This document shows, in pieces, positions 25,639-32,000 of a DNA stretch of 32,000 bases. The notes under the pieces are model-generated. The model did not search any database. It was not told the origin of the DNA and was given only the letters and a program-made list of their open reading frames with translations. Location: positions 1,121,836 to 1,153,835 of the forward strand of contig NC_014537.1 in NCBI RefSeq assembly GCF_000148385.1. The letters are read 5' to 3'. This stretch comes from Vulcanisaeta distributa DSM 14429 (GTDB lineage: Archaea; Thermoproteota; Thermoprotei; Thermoproteales; Thermocladiaceae). The number at the start of each line of letters is the position of its first letter. Position 1 is the first letter of the stretch. Both the position numbers and the translations under genes were made by a program.

Positions 25639-26856
25639 GTGCCTTTACAAAGCCATGTTCAAATAGGTATCGTAGGTAAGCCTAACGTTGGCAAGTCCAC
25701 ATTCTTTGCTGCGGCAACGATGATCGACGTTAAGATTGCACCGTACCCATTCACAACGATAGAGCCTAATGTGGGTATTGGGTATGTTAGGATACCCTGC
25801 GTGTGCAGGGACCTTGGCGTTAAGGATAACCCCAGGAACTCCATATGCATCGAGGGTAATAGGTTCATACCCGTGGAATTAATAGACGTCGCCGGCCTAG
25901 TCCCCGGGGCTTGGCAGGGCAGGGGACTTGGTAATCAGTTTCTTGATCATTTAAGGAGAGCCCCTGTGCTTATTCATGTAGTTGACATGGCGGGCGCAAC
26001 GGATGAGGAGGGTAGGTTAGTTAAGCCTGGCTCTCATGATCCATTGGTTGATATTGAGTTTCTTAGTAATGAGGTTACCATGTGGATGGTCCAAATGCTC
26101 AGTAAGGATTGGGATAAGCTTGTCAGGCTTGTGGATTACGCGAAGAAGCCACTACTCGATGTATTATATGATAGGTTCAGTGGGCTTGGTATAACCCAGG
26201 CGCAAATAAGCGATGCCCTAACTAAGTTAGGTCTCGATAAGAAGCCACCCAGTAAGTGGGGTGATGATGATATTAAGGGCTTCGTATCAATGCTTAGAGA
26301 GTTAAGTAAGCCAATGGTAATCGCGGCTAATAAGATGGATATTCCCGAGGCCGAGGACAACTATAAAAGGGTTGTTAAGGAGGTCGGTAATAGGTATAGG
26401 ATTATCCCAGTAAGTGCGGATTACGAACTTGCATTGAGAAGGGCTGCCAAGGCTAACCTAATTAAGTACATACCTGGTGATGATGACTTCGAGATCATAT
26501 CAACCAATCTAACTAAGCCTCAAAAGGATGCCCTGGAGAGGATTAGGGACTTCATGCATAAGTGGGGTGGTACCGGCGTTATCAAGGCGTTAAATACTGC
26601 CGTGTTTGACGTACTCGGCATGATCGCAGTCTACCCAGTGGCTGATGAGAAAAAGTTTACGGATACTGAAGGTAACGTATTACCTGACGTATTATTACTA
26701 CCCAGAGACGCCACCGTCCTTGATCTAGCTAAGGCAATTCATAGCGAAATTGCTGAGAAGGCAGTTACGGGTGTTGACGCGATTACGGGTAGGAGACTTG
26801 GTGTTAACTCGAAGCTTTGGCATAGGGCCGTCGTGAGAATTTACGTATCAAAGTAA
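25639..26856 (+). CDS. ychF: YchF/OLA1-type Obg-family GTPase/ATPase with a C-terminal TGS domain.
   Basis: G1 is 'GIVGKPNVGKSTFF'. 'YPFTTIEPNVG' is present. G3 is 'DVAGLVPGA' and G4 is 'NKMD'. The C-terminal TGS-like segment is 'VLLLPRDATVLDLAKAIHSEI'. The GTG start at 25639 is about 27 nt downstream of an AT-rich TATA region. Confidence 0.85.
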   Translation: MPLQSHVQIGIVGKPNVGKSTFFAAATMIDVKIAPYPFTTIEPNVGIGYVRIPCVCRDLGVKDNPRNSICIEGNRFIPVELIDVAGLVPGAWQGRGLGNQFLDHLRRAPVLIHVVDMAGATDEEGRLVKPGSHDPLVDIEFLSNEVTMWMVQMLSKDWDKLVRLVDYAKKPLLDVLYDRFSGLGITQAQISDALTKLGLDKKPPSKWGDDDIKGFVSMLRELSKPMVIAANKMDIPEAEDNYKRVVKEVGNRYRIIPVSADYELALRRAAKANLIKYIPGDDDFEIISTNLTKPQKDALERIRDFMHKWGGTGVIKALNTAVFDVLGMIAVYPVADEKKFTDTEGNVLPDVLLLPRDATVLDLAKAIHSEIAEKAVTGVDAITGRRLGVNSKLWHRAVVRIYVSK

Positions 26857-26866
26857 TGCGGTTCCT

Positions 26867-28798
26867 TTACATTCTCCTTAACCTGGGTATTCCAAGTATG
26901 TCCATAGCATTACCAAGCACTGTCCTCACGGCATTCACAAGGTTTATCCTAAACTCCCTAATACCAGGCTCGGCATTTAGCACAGGGTACTTTTCATAAT
27001 AACTATTAAATACGAGGGACAGCTTATTCACATACTCAATTATGTTCTCAAGTCTTAACTCCTGAGCAGCCTTGGCAATCACTTCAGGATATTCGCCAAG
27101 TAATAATGTTAATTCCTTTTCCTCGCTGGCGATATTATTGGGTATTTGTGTAAGCTTAGGGACTTCGCCGGCCTTCTCAAGAATTCCGTTTGTCCTTACG
27201 TATGTGTATTGAACGAATGGCCCACTATTCTGCCTTAAATTCAGCACCTTATCCCATGAGAACGTCAATGGTTTATTTGGGCTCACAGAGAGGAATGAAT
27301 ACCTAATTGCACCAACGGCAACTGCCTCGGCGACTTTATCGGCCTCGTCAGGTGGGAATCTACCCTTCACAATCTCCATAACCCTATCCTTTGCCTCGTT
27401 AAGTAATTCATCAAGAGATACGTAAATTCCCTTCCTACCACTCATCTTCATTCCGGCTAGATTAACCATCTCATAGGAATAATGAATCAATTTCCTGGCC
27501 AATTCGTGATACCCCATTGCATGTAGTGCTAACCTAAGTTGAGCCTGAGGATGGGCTTGCTCAGAGCCTATGACCCTTATTAGCTTATCGAACTTGAAGT
27601 TATCCCAGAACCATAAGGCGTAGGCAATATCCCTCGTTAAGTATAGGCTTGTTCCATCGCTCCTAAGTAGTGTTGCCTTCGGTATATACCTAGGTAGTTT
27701 AAGTTCATCCCAAAGATTAAGGTCCTGGGCATACTTATCGGCCCTAAATACCAATGCCCCATTATCCCTCTCCATGTATTGCGGAGCCCTCCTAAGTAAT
27801 TCATTAATCACCCTGGATACACCGCCATTATCCACGGCAACCTCACTCTCAAAATCCCACGAATCAAAGACAACACCAAGCCTATCCAGAGTTATCCTAA
27901 AGCCAGTAAGCACTACATCCACAGCCTCCCTAATGACCTTCCTAACGAATTCATCACCCTCCTCATAAGCCCTCGACCACTGCTTAACCATTAATGGGAG
28001 ATCCTCGAACTTACCCAACCCCTTAAGTAAAGCCTCAGTAAGTTCCTTATCCTTTTCTATGAAGTTGTTAATTACAGAAACCCACTCATCCCTCTCACCG
28101 ATCAGCTTATTCGCATCATCATACTTACCCTCATTCTTAAGCTGTTCAATCTGTTTACTCAATCTCTTAATCTCGCTTACCGCATATGTCACTGAGTAAA
28201 TGATGCCCATTACCTCGTCAGGCTTCCAACCACCATTAATCCTACTGAGTACTAAGTCCTTAGCCACATAATAGCCAATACCAACATAGGGCATTTGATC
28301 ACCACAATCATTAACGTAAAAATGAACCTTAACAGAAGCGCCACAAAACCTGAGCAACCTAGCCAATGAATCGCCAAGTACGGCATTCCTGCCATGACCA
28401 ATGTGCATGGGTTTTGCGGGATTTGCACTCGTATGCTCTATTATGTAACTACCCGTTGGGCACTTATCGCTAAGTCCATATTTATCGCCTAAATTACTGA
28501 TTGATAATAATACTATGTTTGCGTAATCATTTATATTAATATCAATGTTCAGATACCCATTAACTAATACGACCTTATTTATTAATTTTAATTGAGGTAT
28601 TATTTTTTGATTTATTATTTCATCAATATTCCCATGCTCCCTTACAATACTATGCATTGGGATTGCTAGATAGCCATACTGTGGCGGTGCCCTTATCACC
28701 TCATTAACGTACTTGGTCACGTCAGTTCCAATCTCTGTGCTTAAAAGTTTTAGGAGCCTCTGGACATCCTCAATCACTTGATTATACGGATTGCTCAT
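26867..28798 (-). CDS. argS: Arginine--tRNA ligase.
   Basis: 'SANPAKPMHIGHGRNAVLGD' carries the HIGH motif. 'MKMSGRKG' is the degenerate KMSKS motif. The C-terminal anticodon-binding (DALR) region ends '...LGIPRLRRM', the typical ArgRS C-terminal Met. The protein is 643 aa. Confidence 0.93.
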   Translation of the reverse strand: MSNPYNQVIEDVQRLLKLLSTEIGTDVTKYVNEVIRAPPQYGYLAIPMHSIVREHGNIDEIINQKIIPQLKLINKVVLVNGYLNIDININDYANIVLLSISNLGDKYGLSDKCPTGSYIIEHTSANPAKPMHIGHGRNAVLGDSLARLLRFCGASVKVHFYVNDCGDQMPYVGIGYYVAKDLVLSRINGGWKPDEVMGIIYSVTYAVSEIKRLSKQIEQLKNEGKYDDANKLIGERDEWVSVINNFIEKDKELTEALLKGLGKFEDLPLMVKQWSRAYEEGDEFVRKVIREAVDVVLTGFRITLDRLGVVFDSWDFESEVAVDNGGVSRVINELLRRAPQYMERDNGALVFRADKYAQDLNLWDELKLPRYIPKATLLRSDGTSLYLTRDIAYALWFWDNFKFDKLIRVIGSEQAHPQAQLRLALHAMGYHELARKLIHYSYEMVNLAGMKMSGRKGIYVSLDELLNEAKDRVMEIVKGRFPPDEADKVAEAVAVGAIRYSFLSVSPNKPLTFSWDKVLNLRQNSGPFVQYTYVRTNGILEKAGEVPKLTQIPNNIASEEKELTLLLGEYPEVIAKAAQELRLENIIEYVNKLSLVFNSYYEKYPVLNAEPGIREFRINLVNAVRTVLGNAMDILGIPRLRRM

Positions 28799-28865
28799 TC
28801 AATATTTGCTCTAACCCCTAATTATTAAATGTTTTAATGCTGCTGTTTAGATCTCGGTGTAAGGC

Positions 28866-28872
28866 TTATATA
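28866..28872 (+). promoter_or_regulatory. TATA box of the rpoH (RNAP operon) promoter; leaderless configuration.
   Basis: 'aaggcTTATATAgcc' has a purine-rich, BRE-like 5' flank. It lies 23 nt upstream of the GTG start at 28895. Confidence 0.6.
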
Positions 28873-28894
28873 GCCTTATGATGAGCCTACTGCC

Positions 28895-29167
28895 GTGAGT
28901 TCGGGAGGCAGGAGGAGGAAGACTGAGGAGCGCTTTAGGAGGATTCTTGAGCATGAGTACATGCCTAAGGCTGAGATTGTGCCCAAGGAGGAGGTTAAGG
29001 AGATACTAAGGCAGTTAAATGCCAAGGTTTTTCAGCTTCCATGGATTAGGGCAAGTGATCCGTTGGCGAGGGCCATAGGTGCTAAACCTGGTAACGTAAT
29101 TAGGATAATTAGGAAGTCTGATACGGCTGGCGAGTTTGTCACGTACAGATTCGTGGTTCCAGGCTAA
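28895..29167 (+). CDS. rpoH: DNA-directed RNA polymerase subunit Rpo5 (RpoH).
   Basis: '[22 protein letters not shown]...[42 protein letters not shown]' is the RPB5 C-terminal-domain/RpoH signature. The GTG start is 23 nt downstream of TATA 'ttatata' (28866-28872). Confidence 0.9.
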   Translation: MSSGGRRRKTEERFRRILEHEYMPKAEIVPKEEVKEILRQLNAKVFQLPWIRASDPLARAIGAKPGNVIRIIRKSDTAGEFVTYRFVVPG

Positions 29168-29287
29168 TATACAAAGCAATTTAAATAGGCCCCTTTATAA
29201 GAGGGTAAGAACCATGGTTATTCAATCTATGGATAAACATCCTGGAAAAAAGAGTTTAAATATTGATTTTGCATGGGGTGATTAATC

Positions 29288-32000
29288 ATGCCGATAAATA
29301 ATCCTAACATTGAGCATGGTAAGATGCTGGATTCAGTACCAATACCAATACTGAGGTCTAAGAGGGCTTACACGGCGTTTCCATCGTCAGACGATAGGTG
29401 GGAGTTAGTAAGGGCATTTATTAGGGAGGGCGGTCTCGTTAGGCATCAAATCGATTCATTTAATGATTTCGTGGAGAAGAAGCTGCAGGAGATAGTTAAT
29501 GAAAATAACATAATCGAGACTGAGGTCAAGGGTCTCTACATAAAGCTTGAGAGGATAGAGGTTGGGAAGCCAAGGGTTAGGGAGGCTGACGCCAGCGAGC
29601 ACATTCTCTACCCAATGGAGGCCAGGCTCAGGAACCTAACCTACGCAGCGCCACTCTACTTAACAATGGTGCTCTATGTAAATGATGAGGAGGTCGATAG
29701 GCAGAAGGTCTATATCGGTGATTTACCGATAATGGTCAGGTCTAAGTTCTGCAACCTATACGGGCTTAAACGGCAGGAGTTAATTAGTAAGCTTGAGGAC
29801 CCGGATGACCCAGGTGGTTACTTCATCATTAATGGTAGCGAGAGAGTCATAGTTTCCCAAGAGGATTTAGCACCAAATAAGCCATTCTATGACAAGGGTG
29901 ATAAGGCCAGCATAACTCATGTAGCCAAGGTAATATCAATTGGCGCCGGGTACAAGACCACAGTCACGGTCGAGAGACATAGGGATGGCATTATATACGT
30001 AACATTCCCAGCAATAGCCACTAGGATACCATTCCCAATAATAATGAGGGCGCTGGGCTTAGAGACCGACGAGGACATCGTACTCGCCGTCAGTGACGAC
30101 CCTGACATCCAAAATGAGCTATTACCATCACTTCAATTCTCAGTTCAAATAGCAAGTACCGTTGATGATGCTCTAGACTTCATAGGCAGTAAGGTGGCCA
30201 TTGGCCAGCCGAGAGAGGTTAGGATTGAGAGGGCTAAGCAGGTGCTCGATAGGTACTTCCTGCCGCACCTGGGCACTACTGAGGATGCTAGGATAAAGAA
30301 GGCTCTAATGGTTGGTCAAATGGTTAAGGGCGTTATTGAGATGTACCTTGGGCGTAGGCAGCCTGATGATAAGGACCACATTGCCAACAAGAGGGTTAGA
30401 CTGGTTGGCGATTTAATGGCTCAATTATTTAGGGCTGTCTTTAGGCAGGTACTTCAGGACATTAGGCAGCAGTTAGAGAGGCATTATTCAAGGGGTAAGA
30501 TACCGAGCCTAGTCACTCTTGTAAGGGCAGACATAATAACTGAGAGGGTTAGGCACGCAATAGCTACGGGTAATTGGATAGGCGGTAGGACAGGCGTATC
30601 ACAAATGCTTGATAGGACTAATATCATGTCGACATTAAGCCATTTGAGGAGAGTCGTATCCAACCTAAGCAGGACACAGCCTCATTTCGAGGCTAGGGAC
30701 CTACACCCAACCCAATGGGGTAGACTCTGCGCCATTGAGACCCCCGAGGGTCAGAACTGCGGTTTAGTGAAGAACCTTGCATTACTGTCCACAATAACTG
30801 TTGGCGTTGATGAGAATGAGGTCGAGAAGCTGCTTTACGATCTCGGCGTAGTGCCAATACTAAGGGCTAGGAAGGAGGGTGTTAAGGGTACTGAGGTTTA
30901 CCTGAATGGCAGGTTGATAGGCGTTCATACGGAGCCGGATAAGTTGGTGAGTACGATCCGGGAGATGAGGAGGAGGGGACAGATTAATCATGAAATTAAT
31001 GTTGCCAGGATAAGGAATGAATACCTTGATGAGGTGAGGGTTAATTGTGATGGCGGTAGGCTCAGGAGGCCGTTAATTATTATTGAGAATGGAAAGCCAA
31101 AGCTAAGGCCTGAACACGTTGAGAAGTTAAGGAAGGGTGAGTGGACTTGGAGCGACTTGATTAGTAATGGCATTATTGAGTACCTTGACGGTGATGAGGA
31201 AGAGAATGCATTGGTTGCCATTAACCCTGAGGAGGACATGAGCAAGTACACGCACATGGAGGTTATACCATCGGTCATGATCGGCGCAGTGGCATCAATA
31301 ATACCGTACGCGGAACACAACCAGTCACCTAGGAACATCTATGAAGCCGCAATGGCAAAGCAAAGCCTCGGATTCCCAGCCGCCAATTACAGGTTTAGGA
31401 TGGATAGTAGGGGTCACTTACTCATTTACCCTGAGAGACCATTGGTAATAACGAGGGGTATAGAGCTTAATGGCTATTTAGAGAGACCCGCAGGGCAAAA
31501 CGCTGTAGTCGCGTTATTAACATATACGGGCTACAACATGGAAGACGCCGTAATACTAAATAAGTCAGCCATTGAGAGAGGCATGTATAGGAGCGTATTC
31601 TTTAGAACATACGAGACGGAACAAATGAGGTACCCAGGCGGTGAGGAGGATAGGATAGAGATACCATCCGCAGAGGTTAGGGGTTACAAGGGACCGGAGG
31701 CTTATGCGCACTTAGACGAGGATGGTATTGTATCGCCAGAGGTATTCGTATCTGGTGGTGAGGTGTTGATAGGCAAGACGTCACCACCAAGGTTCTATGG
31801 AGTATACACCGAAACAGTTGTGTCCAGTGCCAGGAGGGATTCATCAATAACGGTTAGACGTGGTGAGAAGGGTATTGTTGATAGTGTCGTGGTTACGGAG
31901 ACAAATGAGGGTTATAAGCTCGTTAAGGTTAAGGTCAGGGAATTAAGGATTCCAGAGCTTGGTGATAAGTTCGCCAGTAGGCATGGGCAGAAGGGTGTGA
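29288..32000 (+). CDS. rpoB: DNA-directed RNA polymerase subunit Rpo2 (RpoB). It is 3'-truncated by the window end and is not in the supplied ORF track because no stop codon is reached.
   Basis: My own translation from the ATG at 29288 gives 'MPINNPNIEHGKMLDSVPIPILRSKRAYTAFPSSDDRWELVRAFIREGGLVRHQIDSFNDFV', a typical archaeal/eukaryotic RPB2 N-terminus. The same frame at 31961-31999 reads 'GDKFASRHGQKGV', the universally conserved RpoB motif. I spot-checked the two ends rather than translating the whole length; both are in the same frame, so I infer about 904 continuous codons and an unsplit gene. The minus-strand ORFs at 29917..30108 and 30988..31338 are antisense artefacts. Confidence 0.93.
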   Translation, partial: MPINNPNIEHGKMLDSVPIPILRSKRAYTAFPSSDDRWELVRAFIREGGLVRHQIDSFNDFVEKKLQEIVNENNIIETEVKGLYIKLERIEVGKPRVREADASEHILYPMEARLRNLTYAAPLYLTMVLYVNDEEVDRQKVYIGDLPIMVRSKFCNLYGLKRQELISKLEDPDDPGGYFIINGSERVIVSQEDLAPNKPFYDKGDKASITHVAKVISIGAGYKTTVTVERHRDGIIYVTFPAIATRIPFPIIMRALGLETDEDIVLAVSDDPDIQNELLPSLQFSVQIASTVDDALDFIGSKVAIGQPREVRIERAKQVLDRYFLPHLGTTEDARIKKALMVGQMVKGVIEMYLGRRQPDDKDHIANKRVRLVGDLMAQLFRAVFRQVLQDIRQQLERHYSRGKIPSLVTLVRADIITERVRHAIATGNWIGGRTGVSQMLDRTNIMSTLSHLRRVVSNLSRTQPHFEARDLHPTQWGRLCAIETPEGQNCGLVKNLALLSTITVGVDENEVEKLLYDLGVVPILRARKEGVKGTEVYLNGRLIGVHTEPDKLVSTIREMRRRGQINHEINVARIRNEYLDEVRVNCDGGRLRRPLIIIENGKPKLRPEHVEKLRKGEWTWSDLISNGIIEYLDGDEEENALVAINPEEDMSKYTHMEVIPSVMIGAVASIIPYAEHNQSPRNIYEAAMAKQSLGFPAANYRFRMDSRGHLLIYPERPLVITRGIELNGYLERPAGQNAVVALLTYTGYNMEDAVILNKSAIERGMYRSVFFRTYETEQMRYPGGEEDRIEIPSAEVRGYKGPEAYAHLDEDGIVSPEVFVSGGEVLIGKTSPPRFYGVYTETVVSSARRDSSITVRRGEKGIVDSVVVTETNEGYKLVKVKVRELRIPELGDKFASRHGQKGV

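Noticed and set aside
28878-28884. A C-box-like 'AUGAUGA' just upstream of rpoH.
   Set aside because: No D box follows it. The sequence lies between the TATA box and the start codon, so it is most simply part of the promoter and initiation region.
29917-31338. Minus-strand ORFs at 29917..30108 and 30988..31338. These are the only ORFs the track lists in this region.
   Set aside because: The plus-strand frame from 29288 encodes RpoB, with conserved motifs at both ends. The track omits it only because no stop codon is reached before the window ends.

Overview
The window looks like a core chromosomal segment of a crenarchaeon of the order Thermoproteales, resembling Vulcanisaeta or Caldivirga. 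Three things support this: AGG/ATA/AAG-rich codon usage, TATA boxes about 22-27 nt upstream of many start codons (leaderless mRNAs), and a complete crenactin 'arcade' cluster. Coding density is very high, with about 32 genes. I found no tRNA, rRNA, CRISPR array or IS element by eye.

Recognisable genes:
- RNA polymerase subunits Rpo6/K, Rpo5/H and the start of an unsplit Rpo2/B.
- Information and protein-handling genes: thermosome, Alba, ArgRS, a YchF-type GTPase, Sec11-type signal peptidase and an Ard1-like GNAT.
- Metabolic and other genes: archaeal iPGM (ApgM), CutA, an aldo/keto reductase, ThiE, an MscS-like channel, a DapA/KDG-aldolase family enzyme, a DUF99 protein and a cyclophilin-like protein.

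Most interesting regions:
1. 1-3908: a translationally coupled three-gene operon. A clear NurA-family nuclease follows a very large coiled-coil/winged-helix protein (open at the window edge) and an unknown 217-aa protein, rather than HerA/Mre11/Rad50.
2. 6211-9772: two tandem paralogous genes for Tyr/Gly/Asn-rich, sequon-rich predicted surface proteins of unknown function.
3. 10800-15840: the arcadin-1/crenactin/arcadin-2/-3/-4 cytoskeletal cluster. This is already described in the literature, but it is complete here and tightly coupled.
4. 16695-17757: an MglA-like small GTPase plus Roadblock/LC7 pair, about 0.9 kb from the arcade cluster.

All functional calls come from motif recognition by eye. 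No database search was run.
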